DNA of 32,686 nt. It comes from an uncultured Candidatus Peribacteria bacterium (GTDB lineage: Bacteria > Patescibacteriota > Gracilibacteria > CAIRYL01 > GCA-016699755). Both the position numbers and the translations under genes were made by a program. The DNA is taken from contig CAZOZW010000004.1 of NCBI GenBank assembly GCA_964584385.1, positions 22,506 to 55,191 of the forward strand, given 5' to 3'. The notes beneath the pieces were generated by a model. It was not told the DNA's origin. It did no database searches and saw only the letters and a program-made list of their open reading frames with translations. Below are positions 19,037 to 27,145 of this stretch, piece by piece. Each line of letters starts with the position of its first letter. Position 1 is the stretch's first letter.

Positions 19037-20117
19037 GTGCCCGCCACTTTTGTTCGATCAGCCCCGCGACATATCGCAGATCGAAATCTTTGGCACGCTC
19101 TCTTCCTGCTATTACCAAACTCTGGCGCAATGATGTGTCTCGTACAAGCTCATCGATTTTTTGGGCGAACAGGGGAGGATTATTCGGTTCGATCAAAGCA
19201 GCTTTCAGCGAGGATGAATTGAATATTTCACATGGTCCACCGATATTCGTGGCGATCACCGGCACACCCGCCGCCATCGCCTCGATGATTACCCGACCGA
19301 ACGGCTCGGGTGCGGTACTGGCATGAACCAGCAAATCGGTTTGCTTGAGTGCAGTCTCAATCGGCACAAATCCGGCGAATTCAACCGCTGTTGTAAGTCG
19401 ATTTGCCGCAATATATTCTTCCAGTCGCTGCTTAAATTCCTTTGTTTTCGTGTCATGTTCGCTTGCTTCGCCAATAATGATGAATCGCAGATTTTGGTCA
19501 GAAGCAAGTAAAATCTTCGCAGCTTTCAAGAAAACATCTTGCCCTTTCCATTCATCTATCCTGCCGATTATTGCAACAGCAATCGCCTCAGGATTTTTAG
19601 AGTTTTTTTCTGCCGCGATGCGATCGAATCGCTCTAGATCGATCCCATTCGGCACGACATCGATTTCTTTTCCACGCAAGCCTCGTCGCAAAAGATGATT
19701 TTTAACCGCTTGCGAACAAGCAAATACGGCACTAAAAAATCGTAAACCGATGATCAAAAACCTGGGAGCGGTGAAATCGTGGGCGAAAAAGGTTTTTTTG
19801 TACGGCAAAAACAGCGCGATCATGCCGCTGCGCACGGTATTGGCATGGATAATATCTGGTTTGATCTTCTGTACAATCGCGCGGATTTTGAGCAACGACG
19901 ATAAAAAGGCAAAAAATCGAAAGGGGCGCAAACGCGGAAAACCCGTTTGCATCACGGTAACCGCTGCAGGGATTCGATCAAGGTATTCGGCAGTATTCCC
20001 CGTTGTAAGTACCGTTATCTCTACATCGGGATTATTTGCAAAAGCTGAGAGCAGATCGAGCGTAAAGAGTTCGGCTCCGCCTACGAAATCTGCCGGGTCG
20101 AGGTATACAATTTTCAT
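19023..20117 (-). CDS. Glycosyltransferase family 4 protein
   Basis: Motifs GGAE, PNGID, IGRIDEWKGQ and PEPFGRVIIEAMAAGVPVIA. Confidence 0.93.
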   Translation of the reverse strand: MKIVYLDPADFVGGAELFTLDLLSAFANNPDVEITVLTTGNTAEYLDRIPAAVTVMQTGFPRLRPFRFFAFLSSLLKIRAIVQKIKPDIIHANTVRSGMIALFLPYKKTFFAHDFTAPRFLIIGLRFFSAVFACSQAVKNHLLRRGLRGKEIDVVPNGIDLERFDRIAAEKNSKNPEAIAVAIIGRIDEWKGQDVFLKAAKILLASDQNLRFIIIGEASEHDTKTKEFKQRLEEYIAANRLTTAVEFAGFVPIETALKQTDLLVHASTAPEPFGRVIIEAMAAGVPVIATNIGGPCEIFNSSSLKAALIEPNNPPLFAQKIDELVRDTSLRQSLVIAGRERAKDFDLRYVAGLIEQKWRALIRR

Positions 20118-20380
20118 CGGTTTTTCGGATACTCAAACTTTACCACAAATCACAGATCATGTTCTCTGCAAATTGTTCTTTGCGAATCGACAGGTTTTAT
20201 AAGCAGATGAATGGCAATCATAATCTTGTCTAAAAGCTAGTTGAATTGACAGCAATTCAAAACTATACTTAATTGGTAAACGAGCATTAAGTAAGTGAGA
20301 ATGCTCCATAAAAAAGCAACGATATACACTTGTTCAATTGCACTGGTCAGTTTATTTTATAACTTCTTTTCGATAAAGCC

Positions 20381-20788
20381 ATGAATGCGTTTTCAAACAT
20401 CAGAACCTCCTTTCTCTCTTTCATTCTCTTTGGCTTGGTATTACTCTTGGCGACTGCTTTTTCACCGTTGATCTCATTCGCCGATTCCACTCCCTCCGAG
20501 TCGATTTCAATTGTGCAAACCACGGTCGATACCGAAAACCCCTCAGAAGGATATGGAACAACAAACCCCAGTCCACAAATCGGAAATATGTTCGACTTGT
20601 TTCGTGCAACGATATGGGTTGGCTTTCTCGTTTTTGGTATTGTCTGCCTCATCACCTTTTGGCAGATGATCCGATTGGCACAACTCTTTTTTCGGAGCAG
20701 AGATGAAGACACCCCCGAAGACATAAAGCTCTCGCGGATTCATCCTACGCCACTCCCAAAACCCGAATTCCGCAAAACGAAAATGTAA
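20381..20788 (+). CDS. Hypothetical membrane protein (signal/TM, Ser/Thr-rich linker, second TM)
   Basis: 135-aa ORF with two hydrophobic segments, in an otherwise empty interval and co-directional with trpS. Confidence 0.6.
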   Translation: MNAFSNIRTSFLSFILFGLVLLLATAFSPLISFADSTPSESISIVQTTVDTENPSEGYGTTNPSPQIGNMFDLFRATIWVGFLVFGIVCLITFWQMIRLAQLFFRSRDEDTPEDIKLSRIHPTPLPKPEFRKTKM

Positions 20789-20833
20789 TTCCTGCGCATC
20801 GTTTGCTATACTGCAAATGTTGTTTTAAAAAAA

Positions 20834-21796
20834 ATGAGAGTACTTACCGGATTACAACCGAGCGGCATCGCACATTTGGGGAATTTATTCGGCGCAATGC
20901 TGCCGGTGATCGAATTGGCACAAAAGCATGAAGGCACGGTGGTAATGCTCGCCGACTTGCATTCGCTAACCACGATCCAAGACGCCGCCAAACTCAAAGA
21001 ATACACTCGCGAACTCGCCATCGATCTGTTGGCACTAGGATTAGACCCGAACAAAGCAATCTTCTTTCGCCAAAGCGATGTACCAGCGCATACTGAATTA
21101 ACGTGGATTTTAAGTACAATTACACCGATGGGGCTTTTGCAACGCGCCCATTCTTTTAAGGATAAAACCGCTAAAGGGTTTGAAGCTTCTGCGGGTTTAT
21201 TCACATACCCGGTGCTGATGACGAGTGACATTCTGCTCTACAGCCCCGATGTGGTACCGGTTGGCAAAGACCAAAAGCAGCACCTAGAAATGGCGCGCGA
21301 CCTCGCCGAAAAGTTCAACCATATCTATGGCGAAACATTCAAACTGCCTCAGCCGCAAATCTCTGAAGCAACCGGCGTAATACCCGGCACCGATGGGCAA
21401 AAGATGTCGAAAAGCTACGGCAACACGATTGAGATTTTTGCGAGCGAGAAAAAACTCAAAAAACAGATCATGGGTGTTGTCACCGACTCAACACCCGTAG
21501 ATGAGCCAAAAGAACCTAAAGGGAATAATGTTTTCGAACTGTACAAATTGTTCGCCGAAAAGCGCCAACTCGATGAGATGGCAAATAGATTGCGTGCAGG
21601 AGGATACGGCTACGGCGATGCCAAGAAAGCGCTTTTTGAAGCGGCAAATACGTTTTTAAAACCCTTAAGAGAAAACCGTGAGATACTTGCTAACTCGCCC
21701 GAAATCGTGGATAAAATACTCGAAGATGGAAAACAAAAAGCGGCAGAAATCGCCGATAAAAAATTAGCAGAAGTAAAAAAGCGAGTGGGCTTGTAA
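20834..21796 (+). CDS. trpS: Tryptophan--tRNA ligase
   Basis: TGLQPSG..HLGN (HIGH motif), YPVLM..DIL, VPVGKDQKQHLE and KMSKS. An extended -10 TGcTATACT lies at about 20804-20812. Confidence 0.97.
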   Translation: MRVLTGLQPSGIAHLGNLFGAMLPVIELAQKHEGTVVMLADLHSLTTIQDAAKLKEYTRELAIDLLALGLDPNKAIFFRQSDVPAHTELTWILSTITPMGLLQRAHSFKDKTAKGFEASAGLFTYPVLMTSDILLYSPDVVPVGKDQKQHLEMARDLAEKFNHIYGETFKLPQPQISEATGVIPGTDGQKMSKSYGNTIEIFASEKKLKKQIMGVVTDSTPVDEPKEPKGNNVFELYKLFAEKRQLDEMANRLRAGGYGYGDAKKALFEAANTFLKPLRENREILANSPEIVDKILEDGKQKAAEIADKKLAEVKKRVGL

Positions 21797-21843
21797 GTTG
21801 ACGCATGTTCATCAATCTTTTAAAAAGGGGGTACTTTTTTTAA

Positions 21844-22107
21844 ATGATTATGAGCTTAGATGCAGATATTCCAAGTCGACAAACAATCGAGTCGAATAAT
21901 AATTCAGCAGACAGTAATGAATCTATTGGAGTAATTTTGGATTCCATGGGTAAAGAAATGGATCAGTGGAAAATTGACGCATTGCAGAGAGATGGACTTG
22001 ACCCAAATGAATGGGATGTCTGCGAGGGTGTAGACAAGGATACCGGCAAACCGGGTAAATTTGCTTTTCCTAAGGATTGGGATGATCAGTTCAAAGTCAT
22101 TGGCTAA
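21844..22107 (+). CDS. Hypothetical small acidic protein
   Basis: 87-aa ORF downstream of trpS with plausible composition. No family recognised. Confidence 0.5.
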   Translation: MIMSLDADIPSRQTIESNNNSADSNESIGVILDSMGKEMDQWKIDALQRDGLDPNEWDVCEGVDKDTGKPGKFAFPKDWDDQFKVIG

Positions 22108-22141
22108 TCAGCTTCAGTCACACGCTAGCTCTTCGGCACAA

Positions 22142-22187
22142 AAAATACGGCATTTAAACGCAACTCACCGTATTAATGCAGTATTTT
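22142..22187. repeat. 46-bp palindromic element, copy 2
   Basis: AAAATACGGCATTTAAACGC-AACTCA-CCGTATTAATGCAGTATTTT. The last 19 nt are identical to copy 1 and the orientation is the same. Confidence 0.85.
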
Positions 22188-22424
22188 GTGGGTAATCATC
22201 ACTGAAATACGTTAATAATGATGCTCCAAATAACTCATGCCGGAGTGAGTGCCCCAGGGTGCAAGCTATCAGAACAAGCTGTCGAAATCTCAAGCGAAAT
22301 AAGTATGGGCACCCGCTCCAAGACGTTTCATTTAGAAAGGTTACACATAGAATGATGGTTATTTCTAAAGAAAAGTCTGTAAAACTCAATAATCCGATTT
22401 CCTTAGCACCGAGCAAAGATGTCG

Positions 22425-22547
22425 GGAAACTCTGATAAATTTCGAAAGACAAGGAAGCGAGCCGAAATCCTAGCGAGGTGTGCTAATGGTACATTGAGTG
22501 GATTTCGGTGAAGCTGACACAGTATTTCGGGGTTTAGCAGGGTTTCC
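22425..22547. mobile_element. MITE-like palindromic element (123 bp)
   Basis: 26-bp terminal inverted repeat GGAAACTCTGATAAATTTCGAAAGAC / GTATTTCGGGGTTTAGCAGGGTTTCC, plus inner stem CCGAAATCC/GGATTTCGG. No ORF and no clear target-site duplication. Confidence 0.55.
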
Positions 22548-22890
22548 TAAACTTTAATATGGCTCACCGCTCTAAACCGCTTAATATATTTGGTGCAACA
22601 AGACGACTTCGAGAGACCCCGGTATTTTGCTGATGAAGCACGCGACACTCAGTAATAAATATCACAGCTACAAGCTTGGGCAAAAAACCGGGGAAGCACA
22701 TCGAATCGTTTTTGTAGTTTTCAGGATATTAAAGAGTGAAATCACGCCGTAATATACTGGGATGTATTGCGAGTTTCTGATGCAAAGATAAAATTGAGAA
22801 TTGCTCTTCCGTATCGAAAACCGCCAATAAACCGGTCGGTTAACGAGACTACTGCTCACCTCATCTCATCTGATAACTGACAGTAGATTT

Positions 22891-23120
22891 CTGATTACTG
22901 CTAACCGACCCCTCTGGTACTAAGCTCGTCCAAGTCTTTCCGCATAGATCGCAACAAATATCGACAAAAATCCAATGCATTGACCGTCTTGCAATTGACT
23001 TGGACACACCAACAAGGAGGAACAAACACGAGAGATTAGGAATTTTTACATACAAGATCTGTTTGCGATATATCCGAATAAAATCCGATAACTGCTCTGA
23101 TTACTGCTAACCGATCCTCT
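22891..23120. repeat. Imperfect direct repeat CTGATTACTGCTAACCGA(C/T)CC..CT at 22891-22915 and 23097-23120, built of heptamer units
   Basis: An 18-nt identical core CTGATTACTGCTAACCGA is present in both copies, with neighbouring GATAACTG units. Confidence 0.7.
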
Positions 23121-24410
23121 AATATCGATACTCCTTCGGCTTAAACGGCCCCTCTTGCGGTACACCCAATACTCGGCTTGTTCTTTACTCAGGGTACTCA
23201 ATTTCGCACCGACTTTTTCTAAATGCAACGCCGCCACTTTTTCGTCGAGCTTTTTCGGCAAAAGGTATACGCCCGGGTTGCGATAGGTTTCGGGTTTGGT
23301 GAACAATTCGATTTGCGCTAATACTTGATTCGTAAACGACATGCTCATTACATAACTCGGGTGACCGGTTGCACAACCCAAGTTTACCAAACGCCCTTCG
23401 GCAAGCAGAATTATCGATCTATTCTTGTCGACGACAATCTTATCGACTTGCGGCTTGATATTCTCCCATTCGAATCCGCGCAGGCTTTCAACATCGATCT
23501 CGGTATCAAAATGACCGATATTGCAGACAACCGCCCCGTCTTTCATTTTTTCAACGTGCTCTTTGGTGATGACATGCTTGCAACCGGTGGCGGTAACGAA
23601 TACGTCCCCTTGCGGTGCGGCCTGCTCCATCGTTACCAATTCAAACCCCTCCATACTCGCTTGCAACGCGCAAATCGGGTCGACTTCGGTAACGAGCACC
23701 CGACAACCATTATTGCGTAAACTTTGGGCAGATCCTTTGCCTACATCTCCATACCCGGCTACCACCGCCACCTTACCACTAAGCATAACATCGGTCGCCC
23801 GACGGATCGCATCGACCAAGCTCTCGCGGCAGCCATAGATATTATCGAATTTCGATTTTGTCACGGCATCGTTCACATTTATCGCCGGAATAGCCAAGCG
23901 ACCATTTAAATACATCTCTTTTAGGCGATGCACCCCGGTTGTCGTTTCTTCAGAAACTCCCTTGATGTTCTTGAGCAACTCGGGGTAGTTACAATGCACC
24001 ACTTCGGTGAGATCGCCGCCGTCATCGAGGAGCATGTTCGGCACCCAGTCATCAGGCCCAAAAATCGTTTTTTCAATACACTGCCAATATTCTTGCTCGG
24101 TCATGCCCTTAAAGGCAAATATCGGAACGCCTCTTTCAGCGAGTGCTGCTGCAGCTTCATCTTGGGTGCTGAAAATATTACACGAACTCCAGCGTACTTC
24201 AGCCCCCAGCTCGATCAAGGTTTCGACCAACACGGCGGTTTGTACGGTGGCATGAATACAACCGGCGATCCGCGCTCCTTTTAATGGCTGAGTTTTTTTA
24301 TATTCTTTGCGAATCGCCATTAATCCCGGCATCTCTTGTTCGGCTAGTTCTATTTGCTTACGCCCTGCTAAGGCAAGACCGATATCACGCACATTAAAAT
24401 CACTTTTCAT
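23119..24410 (-). CDS. ahcY: S-adenosyl-L-homocysteine hydrolase, with an apparent 1-nt frameshift about 16 codons before the natural stop
   Basis: Motifs [37 protein letters not shown] and [14 protein letters not shown]. The canonical tail [15 protein letters not shown] is present but out of frame after ...QAEY, so the ORF as given reads on to 23046. Confidence 0.93.
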
Positions 24411-24459
24411 CGCTGTAAAAATTTATTACAATGTACTGAATTTTTTTTGAAATGAGTAG

Positions 24460-24488
24460 TTGCAAATCGTCTAAAAGTTATTTATAAT
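24460..24488 (+). promoter_or_regulatory. Sigma70 promoter of the small gene divergent from ahcY
   Basis: TTGCAA, 17 nt, TATAAT. Confidence 0.65.
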
Positions 24489-24522
24489 ATATTCGATATT
24501 GATTTTCTTTATCAAAAACAAA

Positions 24523-24762
24523 ATGAAATCAAAAACCCAATCTCGTGTTAAGTGCGTGCCGATCAGCATCCTCTTGCTCCGTAATCTGTGCCGTAAACAC
24601 AAGGTCGATATGATCGAGTTTCACGACAGGAATATGATTGTGATCCCGAAGAAAAAAATCCGCAACTTGCCACGTGAAATCGCACTGGCGGTAAAATTCT
24701 ATGCCAAGGTACTCCAAAAACACGGGTATCGAATTTTGGTAGGGAACAAGCCGGCGTTTTAA
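24523..24762 (+). CDS. Hypothetical small basic protein
   Basis: ORF with a consensus promoter and an A-rich leader, lying between ahcY and the PfkB gene on the opposite strand. Confidence 0.55.
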   Translation: MKSKTQSRVKCVPISILLLRNLCRKHKVDMIEFHDRNMIVIPKKKIRNLPREIALAVKFYAKVLQKHGYRILVGNKPAF

Positions 24763-24770
24763 ACAATAAA

Positions 24771-25664
24771 CTACTCCTGCTGACCCGATGGCAGCTGCAC
24801 GCATTCGGCTCCGTATTGCATTCCGAGCTGTATTGCTTGTTCAATACTGTTTCGATTCGCCAACTCGGCAAGCAGCCCCGCCCGAAAGGCATCACCGGCA
24901 CCGGTAGATTCAACGACGTTGTTTACAGGATTCGCGACAAATTCTTGTAGCTTCTCGTTTCGTAATAATCGTACGCCGTTTTCACCAAGCGTTTCAATCA
25001 CCGTTACATGCTCGGGGATTTGAAAACCGGCAACCAATTTGAGCTCCATATCGTTCAGCACTAAATAATCCGCTAATGTGCAGCACTCGATGAATGTATC
25101 TTCAGAAAACAAATTCGTGACTTGTCCGGGGTCGAAAAAAACAGTGGCATTCTTATTAAAAGTACGAAATTCTTGTAAATGTGCCAAAAACGAATTTGGT
25201 AAACCGGGTGAGAATACGGCGAATGCAAACGCCGCCAGCTCTTCTTTTGAATAATGATCTGTCAGTTTTTGGCTATAAAACGCATCGTATGCATTCGGCT
25301 GCCATATGATCATTTGCTGATGCAACGGGTCGCTCACCATATATGCATGCGCCGAGAAATCTCCTGTATACCCACGAATCTCGTGCCCATAATTTTCTAA
25401 ACGACTTTTGTAGCCCTTTTGTTCAAAATCTTTGCCGTAAGCGGTAATGATTGATGCCCGAGTGTTCGTTCTTGCAAGCCAATGAGCTATGTTCCCGGCA
25501 TTACCGCCAAAAAACTCTTGTTTGCCATTGGCAACATAACTCGCACTAAATGATCTTTGCCCCTCTTCGCCTTGCAAAAAACCATCCCGAAAATCATGTG
25601 GAATCGAGAAAATGATATCGAACGCGACTGAACCGGCAAGGAGGATGCTAGGTGATGAATTCAT
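24771..25664 (-). CDS. PfkB/ribokinase-family kinase, probably an adenosine/nucleoside kinase
   Basis: Motifs AGSVAFD, GGNAGNIA, FDPGQ, TLGENG and STGAGDAFRAG. Start placed at ATG 25664. Confidence 0.85.
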   Translation of the reverse strand: MNSSPSILLAGSVAFDIIFSIPHDFRDGFLQGEEGQRSFSASYVANGKQEFFGGNAGNIAHWLARTNTRASIITAYGKDFEQKGYKSRLENYGHEIRGYTGDFSAHAYMVSDPLHQQMIIWQPNAYDAFYSQKLTDHYSKEELAAFAFAVFSPGLPNSFLAHLQEFRTFNKNATVFFDPGQVTNLFSEDTFIECCTLADYLVLNDMELKLVAGFQIPEHVTVIETLGENGVRLLRNEKLQEFVANPVNNVVESTGAGDAFRAGLLAELANRNSIEQAIQLGMQYGAECVQLPSGQQE

Positions 25665-25853
25665 AAAAAAAGCATACATCGAAACAAAAAAAAATCCAGT
25701 CAAAAGCAATATGATAGTGATAATGATAATCAATTAAAAGATGATAATCATATCAAAAAGCGCTTTTGTCCATTGTTTCGCTTATGATATATCGAACAAT
25801 AATTTATTGTGAATTAATATATTATCTCACCAAAAAATTAATATGTAAAATAC

Positions 25854-25882
25854 TTGTTTTTTGAATCTATTAGCTGTATACT
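25854..25882 (+). promoter_or_regulatory. Putative sigma70 promoter of the GT4-GH57 pair
   Basis: TTGTTT, 17 nt, TATACT. Confidence 0.5.
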
Positions 25883-25903
25883 AAAATGATAACAAAAACA
25901 AAT

Positions 25904-27133
25904 ATGAAACTTCTGATGCTCGGTTGGGAATTTCCACCACTTCACTCCGGTGGGCTGGGAGTCGCTACAAAAAACATTGCCGAGGCGCTGACCGAAAATG
26001 GAGTGAACGTATGCTTTGCCTTGCCGAAGTTCGTTTACACGCAGTGGAAAGAGAAGGGGAGCGATCACCCACCATTCGAAGTGGTATCGCATCAGCCGAA
26101 TTTTGAGGTGGTAAAAATCGCCAGCACTTTGCAAACCCCATATGCCACAGTAACCGAGTATGAAGAGTTTTATCGCCAAATGATAGAGGAAGGGAATGTC
26201 AGCACTTTGTACGGAAACAATCTTTTTGCCGAAATAGAGCGCTATGCGATCGAGATGGAACATTTAGCAAAACAACGCGAATTCAGCCTGGTACATGCCC
26301 ACGATTGGTTGACGTTTCCGGCAGCGATGCGCGTTAAAAAGCAGCAAGATAAACCATATGTCGCCCACATCCATGCCACCGAGATCGACCGCACCGGAGG
26401 CGATGTCAACCAAGAGATCTACGACCGCGAGCGCAAAGGGCTCGAAGCCGCCGATAAGATCATCGCGGTTAGTGAATACACCAAACAGATTTTGCATAAG
26501 CATTACGGACTCAAGCATAAAGATATTTCGGTGGTGCATAACGGCACCGAAAAAAACGATAAAGGCTTCCGCTGGATCGATCCGCGCTTTAAAGAAAAAA
26601 AACGCGTCTTGTTCTTGGGCAGACTCACATTGCAAAAAGGACCCGACTGGTTTGTAAAAATCGCTAAAAAAGTGATCGAAAAAGATCACAACGTTGAATT
26701 TTTAATGGCGGGCACCGGCAACATGCTGCCCGATATTCTAAAAGAAGTTGCCGCATGTGGGCTCAGCAATCATGTGATTCCGCTTGGCTTTTTAAACGAA
26801 GCCCAGCGCGAAGAAGCCTTTACCCACACCGATCTGTATGTAATGCCGTCGGTAAGCGAACCGTTTGGCTTAAGCGCCGTCGAAGCCGCCCAGCGCGGTA
26901 TTCCGGTGGTTATCAGCAAACAGAGTGGGGTAAAAGAAGTATTGCAAAACTCATTAGTCGCCGACTTCTGGGATGTCGACAAAATGGCGCATTTAATCCT
27001 CTCATCGCTGCATTATCATAAATTGCACAAAACACTTTCGCACAAAGCCGAGAATGAATTACAATCATTAACGTGGAAAAGCCAAACAGCGAAGATGCAT
27101 GAGGAGTATAAAAAATTGTCTTCACACTTTTAA
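25904..27133 (+). CDS. Glycosyltransferase family 4 protein (alpha-glucan/glycogen-synthesis-associated type)
   Basis: Motifs MLGWEFPP..SGGLG, HAHDWLT, HIHATE.DR, LGRLT.QKGP and SVSEPFGL. Confidence 0.92.
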   Translation: MKLLMLGWEFPPLHSGGLGVATKNIAEALTENGVNVCFALPKFVYTQWKEKGSDHPPFEVVSHQPNFEVVKIASTLQTPYATVTEYEEFYRQMIEEGNVSTLYGNNLFAEIERYAIEMEHLAKQREFSLVHAHDWLTFPAAMRVKKQQDKPYVAHIHATEIDRTGGDVNQEIYDRERKGLEAADKIIAVSEYTKQILHKHYGLKHKDISVVHNGTEKNDKGFRWIDPRFKEKKRVLFLGRLTLQKGPDWFVKIAKKVIEKDHNVEFLMAGTGNMLPDILKEVAACGLSNHVIPLGFLNEAQREEAFTHTDLYVMPSVSEPFGLSAVEAAQRGIPVVISKQSGVKEVLQNSLVADFWDVDKMAHLILSSLHYHKLHKTLSHKAENELQSLTWKSQTAKMHEEYKKLSSHF

Positions 27134-27145
27134 TTTCCTAAAACA

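Noticed and set aside
20270-20355. Possible c-di-GMP-I riboswitch (GGTAAAC, GAGCATT/AATGCTC hairpin)
   Set aside because: It lacks the GNRA tetraloop and the GCAAAG/P2 consensus. Only a simple hairpin is supported.
24411-24460. SAH or SAM riboswitch upstream of ahcY
   Set aside because: The leader is short and AT-rich with none of the conserved riboswitch motifs.
25665-25733. Hydrophobic N-terminal extension on the PfkB kinase
   Set aside because: It arises from translating the AT-rich GATAAT-repeat intergenic DNA from a TTG start. The family domain begins at Met 25664.
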